Below are positions 14,560 through 29,435 of a stretch of 64,000 nt of DNA, piece by piece. Every line of letters starts with the position of its first letter. Position 1 is the first letter of the stretch. Both the position numbers and the translations under genes were made by a program. The notes beneath the pieces are model-generated. The model was not told the DNA's origin. It was given only the letters and a program-made list of their open reading frames with translations, and did no database searches. The DNA comes from Styela clava (lineage: Eukaryota): NCBI RefSeq assembly GCF_964204865.1, contig NC_135252.1, forward strand, positions 2,170,001-2,234,000, written 5' to 3'.

Positions 14560-15697
14560 ATGGAAATGACGGATGATTTTTGAAGACGTGATTCTATAAT
14601 GTACTTCATAATACGATGTTTAACTGCATATGTCGATTTAACTTTCTATATATATATATATATATACATACAGTACATGTGTAATATTCATTTTAACTCT
14701 TATTCAAGTTATATATAGGATATTCTTTCCATAACCTCCAATCTGCTTATCCATATTTTTGTCTCCCCATGTTAATAAATTGAATACCCGAGTTTAAGAA
14801 CTTCATAATAAGTTCTATTTCACCCCAGTAGAAGCTTTAACTGCAACTAAAGTATCTACCTAGTGTATTGGATTTTCCATACATACTGCTATTTTTTTTT
14901 ATTTTTATCTAGAAAGGAGGTTGTAATTATTTGCATTATATATATATCATAATATCCTTCGAGACGATAAAGTGTTTTTCCTATCTTGATATATTAAATG
15001 AAAAAAAAACTCTCCACATCAACTGATTTCATCACATCAATATTTGACTGGTATCAAAAATCGAGGAATTTTGGCCATTTTACCTTAATAAGATTAACAT
15101 AATGGGATTAACTTCGAACCTTGGCAGCACTGATTCGCGAAACTAAACGCTGATAAATATTTATTTTAAACACAGATTTGAATAACTTATAACAAAATAG
15201 TTAATTATATCAATTTCGGTCTTTAGGGTTCCATAGTTTAGTAATCACGCATATTAAAATACCGTGAACGGTCGACGAACAAGAGCAAGGTTATACATAT
15301 ATATTCAAATTAAGTCCAGACACTTGCGTTAGCAAATATTGAGTTTTAATCAAGAAAAGAGGAAACTGCCTAGACGTCGATGTTGCATTGTGCTAAATAA
15401 TGAAAAATAGTGGAAGGTTTTTGGAATAAAACTTTGTATAATTTGGCAGAAAATGACTATCAGTAGCATAAACCTTAACGTGACGATTCGCGCCTATATT
15501 GTCTATCTTTTAGCGGTTGATGCTATCTATGATTTTCAAGCGTTTCTTGTATAAAGTAATTAAAACAAATGTATGATAAAAATGTATATTGATGTACAAT
15601 AAAAATAGAATAAATCACAATTGAGGGAGAACATATAAAACCATCGAAACAAGTATTGGAAACTTGAAAAATAAATAAATAAAATAAATAATAAATG

Positions 15698-16652
15698 TCA
15701 TTCAGATGTGTTGATAAAAATACACGTACATCCCAGGCTGATACTTTGAGTCGTTAAGAAGCCTTTTCCTTTAGGATTTTTCATACAAACTGCTAAGTTT
15801 GTTTTTATCTCTTGTGAATGGAGGTTGTAGTTTATCTCCTTAGATATCGGATCTATGCAGTACTTCGACGCGCATCGGTGTTCAATCATTGTTTGAGGGT
15901 ATCTGCAAGTAAATATATATTCTAGTAATAAATTATGTAGTACAATAAATTGTGATTTTCTGATATTTTGTTTAATACTAAACTGCGTAAATTTTAGAAC
16001 TGCGTGCTCATATGGGTCTCAAGTTTGAAACGCGTTTCCAGTTCGGTACAAAAGAAGCCTCAGCGGATTATGATGTCCTCAAAAATTTGGTATAGTTAAT
16101 GAATGAAAAAAAATTACCTTTGTGGACAGTGTATTTTCACTTTTTGAACAGCAGACCAGCTATCGAGTAGATCTGTTTCAAGAATCTTTTCGGTGCACGG
16201 AGTTTCTGCTGCCTTCTGGATTATTCTCGTACTGTAAATACAATACAATGTAACGAAAACGAAAAAGAATTTCTATTAGGTAACTGATGAATAGTGTAAA
16301 ACTATTTTACAAATGTTGTTATATGCCTAATAAAACTTTTCTTCAGAAGGAACTTGGTATCAATTTGAAAAAAAAATATTTATCAAAATAATAATAAAAA
16401 GATTTTTTCTTTAAGACTGAATTTCAAAATAATTGCTATATTCAGAATACTTGTACGATACCTCAGACTGTTGGTCGACTTTTCTTTTCCTATATTTTCC
16501 AAATAATCACACGGCGATTTCGTTCCCTCAGTTGTTGAATCTACAAGTTCAATTGTAGTTTGAGGGTCTTGAACAGGATGATTTGCGCCAACTGCGACGA
16601 ACGAATAATCAAATAACGTGATTTGCAATGCGATTAAAATAATAGTGTTCAT
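15698..16652 (-). CDS. IL17: IL-17 family cytokine 1 (divergent), 169 aa; exons 16652-16462, 16231-16118, 15902-15698
   Basis: Signal peptide MNTIILIALQITLFDYSFVAVGA; C-terminal PQR|YPQTMIEHRCASKYCIDP...LHSQEI...SISLGCTCI is the IL-17 cystine-knot pattern. Two phase-2 introns; the second is at the same R|YP position as in the paralogs. TATA-like element ~50 bp upstream. Confidence 0.85.
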
Positions 16653-19600
16653 TTTTTGCGTTTCGTGCGACAAGTGAAATGAAATCTAAGAATTGTGCGT
16701 TTTTATATACTTTTTCCCTGAACATGGTACAAGTTCAGTTTCCTGTTCGCATTATTTTAGTGAATTTTTATCATTGGTCCTTATTTGTCAAGTATCCAAG
16801 AAATCATGTCTCGACTAACTGAATACGTCACAAGCGGAAATCTCATTTCCAGTCTCAATCAGAATTATTTTTACATCATGTTATATATTTAACTCAATGA
16901 CATTTGTAATGTTATAGGATGCAACTGATGTATTTGGGAATTTTATGTCCATGTTTCATTTTCGCTGAGTAATCATTCCACGTTTTCCTTTGTAAATAAT
17001 GCTATGTCACAATACGTAAATATAGGTCATGGTACGTGCATGAATCCAAACTCAACATATGAATCATCTCCGGGTATTGAAGCTTTCAACAAATTCTGAT
17101 CTATCTCATTTTCATAAGACGATAATATACTTGATAATAAAATGGTCATCAGTGAACGAATCTCAAGAGGTTGTTACCGTGTGACTATGGCAAGTGCTCC
17201 ATTTAAACAAATGCTTCATGTATTTTATGGATTATAAATCCAATGTTATGATAACATATTGTTTGTATAAACATTTGTCAAACGTATAAATTAGATAACG
17301 TGAATGCAAACTAGCTTGCGAAGTAGTATTACCGCGTCAAAGTATAGTAGCGCTTATGCGTATTGGTAAAATAGACTAAAATACAGGAATTTCTATCGAT
17401 CACTACCTTAACCAGTTACTCGGACATATTTTGAATGCATTTTGACAGCGGTGTTTTTATTTTTAAACTTCTTTTACGTCATTACAGTGTCAATTTTATT
17501 TTCTTATAAAAAATGATCTCATATATTCAATAATTTTTTCGACTTTACAATGTGATACTGATGGGACAGATAAAAATAACTTTGAATGTTTAATATAGAA
17601 CAAAGTTTTTAAATAAATTCCTATATTTTTAGGTACATTGATTTGTTAGCTGACTTCTAAAACAACACACATGTGTGAGAGATGATGATTAAAACTACAT
17701 TGCTATTTAAACGTAATGGATAGATTTAACGTAATCGATGACTGAAATAAAAATGCGAATATTAAAAAATACTGAGTTGTTCACCAGTGCGCCAACCAAA
17801 CGATAATACCCAGCCAAAGGCATTTGTGGTGAAACAACATTCAAGGTTTTTTATGAACCACATGTGCATATCACCGACACAATAATAAATTATACTGAGT
17901 TTAAATTCACAACTCTGAATATCTGTTTATTCTGCTTAAATATACTTTGGGGCAGGGATGATGAACCATTCTTAGTAAATGAATCAAAACTTATGTTTTT
18001 ACTGCGGAAAAGAAATCTATGATTGTGGGCCATAGATATTTAATCATAGTTTGAATCAATGAGAACTTCGCAAGTTTCATAAGCCTTGATTGCTGTAATG
18101 AAGTTTTGATCTTTAAGCACGCAGCGCTTGTATCGGGACTCAGGCTAGTTCTGGTATTCGACTCGACAAATAAACACGGATTTGCATGCATACGATTAAC
18201 CGAAAAACGTTCATAATGCTACCGAAAATCTTTTACAGTCTTGGGGAAAATCCAACCCTAGAGAACCATATTTTTGATCGCCTTCCAACCACATTAAAGT
18301 CTCTTCCATTTTATTTTAAAATTCTGGGGTCGGTAATTTAATTCAACGAAATTTTGTTTTACAAACAGTATTGTATGCGGTAAAAAATAAACAGTAAGTA
18401 GCATCTAGTTCTCGTCTACAACCAAAACGTTATACGCCCCTCTTTAGCTTATGTACGTGCAAAAGGGATTCTCTTATATAAGACAAGTTTCAAGAAAGTT
18501 AACGTATTATTGTTATTATTATGTCATAAACGTACAGAACGTTGTTACTAGTAGCTGCATACTACATTTCGTTAGACTGAATTAAATCTGGTTTTATCTT
18601 CAATATTTATAACTGAAAAATTGGTTATTATTTAATATTTCATAGCGTGGCGGTTCAACAAAAAAAGATACGGGTCACTTTGTGACCCGCGGGTCAGTGG
18701 CTCGCCATCCCCACTTTATTGTATCAATAATTTTTAGAATATTATTTGTTGTGAAAAGTTGTTTATTCGGAAAATGGTGTCAGCATTCTGATTGAAAGAT
18801 GGCTGTATTAAGCTACAGGCTTACCACAGCAGCTTTCGGGAGGTGGTGACATTGGAAGACTACCTATATGTATGGGTTTTGATTTTTTCGATCCAAACGA
18901 TCGATTAAAAATGTTAAGCTACATATTCGACTGCAAATTCGATTTGATCATTTGGGCGTTTCTATTTTATGCCCGCTGCATGATGAATTCTTGTACGCAA
19001 TAACAGAAAAGAAACAAACTACAGTGTTTTGATTGATAATTATATTTTAAATTTGTTCGAAATAAAACTGTCTCTAATATTTCATGTTCAATCATATATA
19101 TGCGGTTGTGTGTGTGTGTTGGATGCAACTCCATAAAACACATTTTCAGTTTCGTCATGATGATAATTTAATACGTAGGGCGTGACATTTGATGGTCACG
19201 AATCTACGTCAATAAAAAGATAAGAATGTTAGAATACTGTGTTTTATATTGCAACCATTCAAAAATACTAGGATATTATAATTTATCGGTTACTCATTTT
19301 ACAGCATTATGTTAGAAATAAGAAAGAAAATTGTTTGCAAATTCGAACTTTATATACTATGTAAATTGTGAAACCGCAATGATATTTTATAGTTTCCTAA
19401 TTTTTGTCATGTTTTGACGTGTTTTTGGCACGCTTGGTATAGGAATATGACATGGATTGATCCTATGTCGTTTCAAATGTCATTATTTTGATTTTCGTGA
19501 ACAATAGTCAATTTTCAAAGAGCAAATTTCCATATCCCAAATACTTCCAGTAAACTGTCAATGAAATAGGAAATTGTTTATTAATCATATTGTGTACGCA

Positions 19601-21185
19601 ATACAGACTGCTTTGCAAATATATATATATATATTAGTACAAAAATGATTTACATAAAACTGAAAATATGCGTGCGAACAATTTTTCGTTGCAGTATTTT
19701 ATAAATAATAATAATAAAATCCACGACGTTGACTGATACAAACCGGAAAAATAGTTTCAGTACGAAGGACATTTCGGACATGAAGTTGGTGCAGTCACGA
19801 AGGAATATGAGTTCTCTTCTTTGTAAAATACTTATCTCTCAAATTATTTAATAATTTTTATAATAAACCCAAGCAGATAAGTTGAATCTGAATGAGTTAT
19901 AAAGGTTTTCATATTGGCGACTACATAAGAATCAAACAAAACTCAGTCTTCCACCCTGTCGCATTTGACGTCACCCAGGTCTCACTCATTACACGAAGAC
20001 ATGTACGCGGATGATTATAACAAGATGATTGTAATTGCACGACTTGAAGGAAATAAGTCGAAAGGACAAATAAACTGCTGTCCCCTCTTGTAACCTATTA
20101 TTTTCAATCATTGAACACATATTAAAATATTCAAATTTATTTTGTATGTATTCCATATATTATAACATGTGCAATACTTCACATAAGGCTATAAATTAGT
20201 TGTTGAAATATAGATATTAAACATTCCGGCTCGTTTGAATACTGCTAGTGAAAATCGTCTCCAGTTACATTTACATGTTTAATTAACATACGAAGTCCAA
20301 TGCGATAATCCCTAAAGTGACCTTTACCATATGTGAAGAAAAATAATATGAAATGAATTGTCATTTTCTCCTAAAACATAATTCCGGAAAACTAAATTTT
20401 GTTTATTATGCAACGTATGCCTACTGTGTCCATGCACAAACGTATACATGCTATTTTTGTAGAAAAAAGTTATAAATAGTAGATATAATGTTCCTGATAC
20501 AATAAAACTGTTAAACTATCATATATCCAAAATAAAATTCAGCTTTAATGTCAAATATTTTATATTATATTTTTATATTGATTTAATATTTCTTGGACAA
20601 ATATATAACATCAATAAATAATTTATAAATAAATAATGAAATAAATATATAAATATAATTTAATTCTTGATGATCGAAGTTATTGTACAGTATCATTTTT
20701 GACAGTTTCACGGTCCTTTGACAGATGTAAAAAATATGTGCAAATTTTAAATAATCACGCTATATAATTTGATAAAAAAGAAATTAAACGGATTTTTTGA
20801 CAATTTTGCCTAAAACTATTGAAGAAATTTTAAAAATAAATAGAATCTTTGAAATTTCGCTACATCTTTTGGTAACAACTAAACGCACAAAAGTTTCACA
20901 GTGTTAAAACGTTAAACAATTCAGAATGTCAGAATTTTTGAAATTATCTAATTTGACTATTAAATAAAACCAATAAAACGTACAACCCTCCATCTAGTAT
21001 TGTATAAACGCGAGTTATATTAAAACATAACATAAGTATAATTGCATATCTGAGGAAATGATGTAATTGTCCATATAAAGACTTATGTGCGGTCGATCTA
21101 TGCATACAAGCGTTATGCTGTTAAATATTTACACGGAAAGCACCGCTTTAGCACCATATTCCTGTTATTAAGAATCAAACATGAA

Positions 21186-22446
21186 CTAGATATACACAGG
21201 ACGAACACAAGTACATCCCACACGGATTTCTTCTTTTCCTAGAGTGAACAATCCCGTAGAAGCATTTATAAAAAAGGCTCGAGCTTCTGCTTTAATCAAC
21301 TGAGACAAATATTCCATCGTTTCTACTCCTGTACTTGGATTGATACAGCCTTTACAAAGACATTTATTTTGAAGAATGTATTTTGGGAACCTGTAATATG
21401 AATAACCAATTATTAAAACAAATATCAGCGATGTTACTTTTTAAAGAGTTCTGTTCATACTTAACTTTATATGTATTTGCATTATAATGTTTCGATATTC
21501 TACTCATGTCGTTTTACATATATTTACTCCAATATTAAAAACTCGTACCTGTCTTTGTTGTATGTTAGTTCGTCGTCATATGGAGACAAACTTCGCAGCC
21601 CGTCCATCTTTTGATGCTTTTCAAAATATTCTCTGTTCATGACTGGACAACTCGTTACGGATCTCCTCTTTCTAGCGTGCATTTTAGGATGCTTTCTGAA
21701 GGCATTTGTTCTGGCTTCCTCCATTTCCGACATTGTTGCTTTTAGCATGTATTCTTTTGTTTTTTGCATCAACTCGCTGTTCATTATATTGTTACATTCG
21801 AGCCTGAAAAGATATTTCAATTTGATTTATGTTGCTGAAATATTTCCGTCATAAAAGAAAAAAAAAGATTATCACAGACTAACTTTAATTCATTCCTATC
21901 GTCCAGTTGTCAGAAACATTACCAAAAGAATTTAGTAGTGAGTCAATGGTGGCGCACGATAAATGCTCTTTTAGTTATCTAAATGACTCTATGTGTATAT
22001 CACGATCATAAAGTTCGCGATGACTTGTTTATACGTAGTTTAATAACGACGCATCGTTATTTAGCTCTTTTAGTTATCTATATAAGGAAGGTAGCGAATA
22101 TTCTCGACGAACGCATTGACATAAAAATACATTTTTATCTAGTTATTTGAACAATGAACAATTTGTCTTCGAAAGGAAATACTAGTTTAGAATGCCAAAA
22201 AGTAATTCAAATGAGAGAGGAATCAACTTTGACGCCACTTTTCGACATAATCTTATTTACTTACATCGTTTGTTCAGAGGCCTCTTCAGTTTTGCCTAAG
22301 AGCTGCTCACAATCAAATTCTGATTCTATTTCCGCTATGATATCTAAATGCGGGTGAAACTTTTGCTGTTGCGCCACAGTAATCTGGTACATTGCACTCA
22401 AAGTCAGTCCAATTCCTAGCACAAATACCGCTGATTGAATTTCCAT
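21186..22446 (-). CDS. IL17: IL-17 family cytokine 2, 213 aa; exons 22446-22265, 21803-21549, 21390-21186
   Basis: Signal peptide MEIQSAVFVLGIGLTLSAMYQITVA; RSLSPY...KDR|FPKYILQNKCLCKGCINP...IRVGCTCVRP is the canonical IL-17 signature. Phase-2 GT/AG introns, open frame. Confidence 0.92.
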
Positions 22447-24595
22447 TTCTTTTTTATTGTTACTTAGTCGTATATATGTATATATATATAAATAAGATTT
22501 TGAAACGTTCTTCTTGGATTTTCTCAATGAATGATTTCCAATTGGATCGAAGAGCCAAATATAAATACCCGAAAGGTCGCAACCGCGTCCTCTTGTGGTA
22601 TGAAAATAACCATTTTCAGTGTATGTATCATTTTTGAAAAAATTAAATTCCGTGATTTGGTTATGTGCGCTTTCGTCACGGTGCGTAATTTGCATATGTC
22701 GTTTTATTCCAATTAACTCATAGCATTACTTTCATAGTATAGAATGCTAATAAGTGCATTACATTAAATATAGTGCATTTCATCATATTATTAGTTATAG
22801 TAGTAATATATTAACTCCGAAATACTATTAAATTTTGATCATGTCGCTAAAGGAGTGTACAGCATTGACAGGAATCGGAAGGGTGAAAAAATAGAGCAAC
22901 CAAAGACGAAAATAATTTGATAAAAATAGAAATTCTTATCTAAGATGTCGAGCAGAAACTTGAAGAAAACGCATAAAATATTAGGCTTAAAATTGGTTGA
23001 ATACATCCGGTAGTCGCAGCTAGTATCGCGAATCCCCAAATCAGTTGTCTGGTTTCGTATTCGACTTGGAATAGCGAATGAGTCTAAAATAATTATTAAT
23101 TGGCATTCGTCAAATTAGTCGAGAATACATATAATTGGAAACGTCATAGTCTTCCTTCCTAAACGGGAAATGTCTGGCAGTTTTGTTTGGCGTGTTTAAG
23201 AATTGAGCCCAGCTAAATGACAAAGATTCGCCATGCATTTCAATAATTGTGTTTGGATATCCAGTATATAACGTGATTCAGTGTGGAAAAACAATAGTGC
23301 ATGCTCCTCAAATAGAGCCGTTTTAAAAGCAAGAATGGAAATCTGGTTTTTACTTTACCAGATTTTTCAATTCCAATTTTACTTTAAATATTTCAACTGA
23401 AACTGCTGTTAAGAACTTTGGGCAATTTAAAAACTTGACATTTACGACATAAAATTATTGATTTGAAATACAAGTATTTAAAATTAGCAGCATTTGTTAC
23501 ATATACTATAAGCAGAAGAGGTGAGAGAATTAAAAAAAAATCACTTAGCCTATTTTGGTCATGTATTGAAATATAGTAAATATATTAAAAATATTCACTG
23601 TGAGGATGATTCCTTTTGTTATTTCCTATGCATTTATATGTAATACACATCATGCTTTAAGGTGTCATTGAAATAACTCATTTACGTTGACCTGTTCCAT
23701 TCATAAAATCATCGCAGTGACGCACCTAAATGTTATGACATAATATGAGGTATGTCACTTATATTTTCACGTCTACACGTGATTTATTCTAATTATATTA
23801 TATCGTTCCCCATTATAGAATTCGACGGATGCGCATTTGACTCATTTATAAACATGTTGGAACTTAAATTTTGAATGTAATTATCCGAGAAATATATATT
23901 ACCATTTAAATCAACACATAATTTGAAGGCAACGAGGATATAAAAGCTTAAACACGAAGAAAATCGAATCATTTGTTTGTTTTGTAGCAAGGCTAGGTGT
24001 AATAATCAGCATTTCACGAATATCAGACAATATTTTATGATGACGTCATTAGACATATGTAGTCGTAACTTGCATCCGGCATCCTAAAGTATTCGCTAAC
24101 TTTGTATATTACGAGCATCCTTCAATTAATGACGATATACCGTGTCGATTTCTACTGCCTTCGTTGTCGACTTATGGTCGGGTATTATGACGTCATGTTA
24201 ATGTAAATCACTACAGATTTATTTAGTTTGGGTAAATAGGTGGTATTTCAAATTTGTGTATTCCACGTCTTGTACAATTCTATGAATTTTACCATTCACT
24301 ACCTATCTTAAACTAAACTTTTTTTGGCAAGCTTCATTATGTATTTGCAAGATGACATGACCTGGAAAAGCTATTTCAAAATAGAATTTTAGCTGAAATT
24401 TTCATAAATCTATTTTGAGGTATGTTGAAGTAAAGACAAAATGAAGTGGCAGTGATTACAAATCAATTCCTTTAAAGTTCAACTTTATAAAAGATCAGAA
24501 ACTGAAATTGATCCAATAGTATGATTTTATGGAAATTCATCGACGCTTTCTAAAATTAATTGAATTCGAATTAATAATTCTATTGGGTAGAATGT

Positions 24596-24622
24596 GGGAA
24601 TTTCCAGCGGCTGGGAAACGCC
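24596..24622. promoter_or_regulatory. Candidate NF-kappaB enhancer ~2.1 kb upstream of IL-17 gene 2
   Basis: Consensus GGGAATTTCC at 24596-24605 with a second imperfect site GGGAAACGCC at 24613-24622. Confidence 0.4.
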
Positions 24623-27600
24623 AACTCTCTATAGAACGTGATATGAGGAGTCAGATTACTTTTCTCAATACTCTGTGGTGCACAACATGCTAATACACTA
24701 TTTGTTACGCATAAATTGTTAATGTCATAAAATAAAGTAAAATGCAAGCACACACTCACCAAATAAAGAAGTGCATGTCTGCGGATGACGGTTTCCATGT
24801 TTTACTTCACCCGAAAGACCGCTTTAATTTTATTATTTTTGATATAAATTATTTTTTGTATACTGTCCTAATTAGTTCTAGAGTTTCATTCTTGGAAGTT
24901 CAACAACAAAATGATTTTAAAGAGCAAGAAAGCACGTAGTTAGTGCACACTTAACTAGTAATGAAACACGACTTTCAATAACTAACCGTACATGCATTAG
25001 CAATCCCCTTCGAAATAAAAGGAATATTATGGTTACAATGATTCGTTCACACGCCATACTTCAATTCTCAACAATTGTGAGAAATACTAATTCTGATGGT
25101 GCTAATTATATCCCAAGAAAGCGATGAATTTGTTCGCGTTGCTTTTTTTTATTTGTATATTTTTCAAGGTAAAGATGCCATTACAAAATTTCAAAATATT
25201 TTCCTAACGAATGAGTAATGTGAATAAAAGTAAACTTGAATATCTTCGAGTACAAGAATCAGTACCTTTAATTTTTTGGAATAGCGAGTAAAATATAAAT
25301 TTAGGCAACTACAAAACGCTGATTTGAGAGAGGATCGATCTACAATTAGGACCAAAAAGAATCAGTTAAAGATGAAATTTTTATTTTCTTCGGGTTTCAA
25401 ATTGCATGGAGTTATATATAGTGATTATACCTATTTATGTTGCATTGCAAATGGAAAGGTAATTTAAATTACTGCTCTATAAAAGATCGCTGGAATTAAA
25501 ATCCACTTGAACCTAATTGTATTATCTATGGAGCCTCATGATATATTTAAAGTTAGAATTCGAGCATCTAAATTCTAAACAGATTAATCAAATTGCAAAT
25601 TTATCTCTTCTTGATCAAGAGATTTCTTAATTAATTAATGTAAAAACACAAAAAAGTTCAACTAAATGTCATTCGTACATTGTTGTGCTTTGACATTTCC
25701 TGTTTCCGGTGTCCGAAAGCAAAACGCGTGCGCAATGATGCATGGAACTTGACAATCTGTCATTTTTGCAGCAGCTGAATATGTTAGCTTCCGGATCGGT
25801 CGTGTTGTTTCTCTTAAATACATTAATTTATTGCAAAATGATTTAATTTGCACTTACTCGGGTTGAATAATTAAATCGAATCAGTAAAACGTTAAATATT
25901 ACTTCTATTGAAGATCCATTTCGGCATTACACGTTTCGTTGCCTATCTAGGTAATAAATATCATGCTCCCTTCTGTGTCATGTCAGCACTTATTATTACC
26001 ACATCTAAGGATCTAGTTATGACATCAGTTAAAATATAAAGGCATCAAAACTATAAATTAATTTGCTGTCCTTTTTTTGAACCTTTTGGATTTGGCAAAT
26101 ACCACTCTCGAGCGAGATTCATATTGAAGGTCTTGTTTCCTAATGACATTAATTTTATCTCTAGCTTTCCTGGATAAAACAGAAATTTAAAATTATCAAA
26201 CAAACTCAAAAAGAAATCGGTGCCAAAAACTAGTACTTTTCTATACTTGTTTATTCTTGATGATAAATCTGCATAGATACCTCCTCGAAAATTTCCTACC
26301 CATTCGGTCGTTTTTTGTTTATTAAGTAATTTGCGATTATTGTTTAATTATTATTGTTTGATTATTTGTTCAACGTATACGCCAATTGCATATAAATCAT
26401 GGTTCAAATCATGGTTCATGTTGTTTTTACATCTAAAAAGGAATTCTTTCTTCTACTGTTTCTTTTTTTTTAAACGAACCTATGCAAAAAAAATCATTTG
26501 AAGTTGAATCACGATGTTGTTGATAATCATCGTTATAAAATTTAGCAACCACGTGCTAATGTGTAACTGAATATTGAGAAACAACCGTACAGTTTGCTGC
26601 TTGCTATTACAAAAACGGTTTATAAATGAAAGTTGGCAAACATTAAATTTTATCATATTTGGTTATAATGCAAGCGACACATAATCGAAAATTGCCTTAT
26701 CATGATCCAAATGCCATTCAGAGCATTTATTTTATCTTACAGCACACCACATTTAAAATTGAGAAATGGCTGTAACTGAAAACATGGCGATATCGGAAAA
26801 TTCTTAAAAGTACATAATAAATTATGCTTAGCAAAGTCGCGACAATTTGATTACGAACGTACAGACATAACCAGGCAATTTTGATGGTGTACTCAAGGTT
26901 CACTACACTGTACTCAAGGTTTACGTCGTTGCATAAGAAATTTGTCACCGTCAGGAATTTAGCTGTTAAATAGGTATTTTCCAAGTAAAATATTGCTGTC
27001 AATTATTGCCGGACTGAATAACATCTTGAAAACTTTCCCACGAACAAACGGAAACACTGCATCAGCCACTGACAATCCATCTCTTTGATTAAGAGACTGA
27101 TTACATGGGGAATTTCGAGTTGGGCCTCGTAGCAGGCATTGTCAGAAATTATGAATCAAAGTCTAGCGCATACAGACTATACGGGAACTTCGTCATTGGG
27201 GTAGGGATGTGAAAATGTGAATCGATTTTTGAATGGATGTATTTATTTTGCCTTCTGTTGGAGATACTATCATTTTATATTTTTTGTATTATTTCCATTT
27301 TATTTCCAAATGTCTGCTTGTGAGGTGACATTAATTTGGTTTGCATTATAATCCAAGCAAATGTCGCCATTGTCATTCGAAAACATAATGGCATCTGAAG
27401 ATACAAAATGACATCTGAATAATTATGTACAATATTCAAGTTTACAATCTGCCTAAATGTTACCCGTAGATAGATTGGAGCATATTTTATCAATTATACG
27501 ATATCCGAAATCTAACATAATAGAACAAACATGGCAAGAGCTTTATCCAAAGTCACCCTTGTTTCAAACGTTCAACAGGCTAACCAAATCCGATGTTCAT

Positions 27601-27639
27601 TCAGCCAATTTTGGTTAATTGTGTACCAGCTCTTCAGTC

Positions 27640-28120
27640 ACCGCCTTGGGAAGTGGAACTTCCAAATAGTGATGTATTGCTTGCTAATATTATTTCGAAA
27701 AACCTCTAGTAAACAAGCATATGATGAATATATTACCGAAAATCACGGTCAATACAATAGACAGATATGGGATGTGGTTCATCATTTTGTATTTTTGAGT
27801 ATGACGTTTCCAAAATTTTTCGACAAAATATCAAGTTCTTTCACAACTGAACTTTATGCTGTGTACAAGGCATTGCTTTAGATAGTTTTGCATCGGCCGT
27901 CACATGTTTTGATTTTAACCGATTGTTTGGGCCTTTTACAGAGATTAAGTAAAATTTTCCTTGTGAATCATATGTTTTTGGTTTTAAATTAAAACTATTC
28001 TATCTTCTATCTGAAGGCAAAAAATCCACGCAGATTTCACGTGAATCTCAGGACATGTTGTAATTACTGGCAACGAAAAAGCAGATAAACTAGCAAAAGA
28101 AACAACAATGCAAGAAAATA
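27640..28120 (+). mobile_element. Non-LTR retrotransposon RNase H remnant
   Basis: Frameshifted motifs SSSFTTELYAVYKAL, ILTDC and GHV.ITGNEKADKLAKE are typical of LINE-associated RNase H. Confidence 0.6.
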
Positions 28121-28389
28121 GTGTAACATCAGTCATCAAACTCTCGAAAAACGAAGTCAATTATCAATGTAAAGTGCGACATGGAATTGAATAGCTAACA
28201 ATTCAACGCGTAATATCACAGTTCTGAGGCACAAAACCAAGCCAATTATAAGCACCATTTAAAATAATAATAATATTCTGCTCTTGCAAGTTTTCTTTTA
28301 TCAGTTCAAGAAGAATTGCAAAGAAAGTTTTTTTCTTTTTTATTTCTTATAAATCATTACTATTATGTTTTACAAAGACGAATTAACTT

Positions 28390-28800
28390 TCAATTAGCTT
28401 TATAAAAAAAGTGCGATTCATCAGATAACCGAGCATGATCCAAAAAGTCCAGATTGTCTTCGATTGTTTCGAACAACCATTCATACAATTTAACAAGTTT
28501 TGCCATGTTAGCCACTGTGAGCATATGTTTTATTCCGATCTGATAATCATACAAAAGTAGAGCTGCTTTGAGAACACGTTTCATACATTCTCGCGAAATC
28601 CACAGTTTTTGACTGCGCCATTGAATCATTTTCTTTGGACTCTGCTGTCTGACTAATTTCCGTACTGCGCCAATGTTTCTTTCTGTTCTAGCACTAACCT
28701 TCCGACATGAATGATTGTCTGTGATACAAATAGAAGTATGATTTTACACCATGCCATACTTATTAAACTCCTTAATCAATCCAATTTTGCTTTTTATCAA
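28390..28800 (-). mobile_element. Tc1/mariner transposase remnant
   Basis: RTERNIGAVRKLV..SPKK and FLDHARLSDESHF resemble the mariner HTH region and the first catalytic motif (FSDExHF). Confidence 0.55.
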
Positions 28801-29435
28801 CATCGATGGTCACCCATAAAAATTACTTGTACGACCCTGTATGATTTGTTGGCAAAATCGACTTCCACCGATAGAGTTGTTTATACCTGGGAGAACAGAA
28901 CACGTTGGTGACGGCCATGGTTCCAATCTTCCATAAAATGATTCTAGCATAATCAGGATTGTCAATGAAAAGGGGTAAGAAAAACCCCATCGATAAATTG
29001 ACTTGGTTACTTAGTTTCCGTTTCGAACAATATATAACTTTCATGTTATATCATATTGAATATAGCCCTTCTGAACATTTTTCGCTATCACGTCTAGATT
29101 TTTAATAATAAATACTATGAATACATAATAGGTAAATTTGCGATATTTTAGAAATACCACACTTATGTTTTGGTTTATAGCATAATTAAATAAATTATAC
29201 ACTGAGCCAATCGAGGCGTGTATATTGTGTGAGGCTTATGTTTTACGTAATAAAAAATAGTTATTGCCATGCTCCATGTAACACTACTAAACTTGCTACA
29301 TCGAATTTAATGAAGAAATCGTGGCGTGTCCTTACTCATCTACAACTTCAAACTGATTTCCGATATCAATGATATTCCGATATCGTTTCCAATACACATA
29401 TCGAACCAGTTACAGTCTCACAAAGTCATCTAGAT

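Noticed and set aside
25730-25785. Possible C/D box snoRNA (atgatgc...ctga)
   Set aside because: Imperfect C box, too short, no terminal stem and no recognisable guide.
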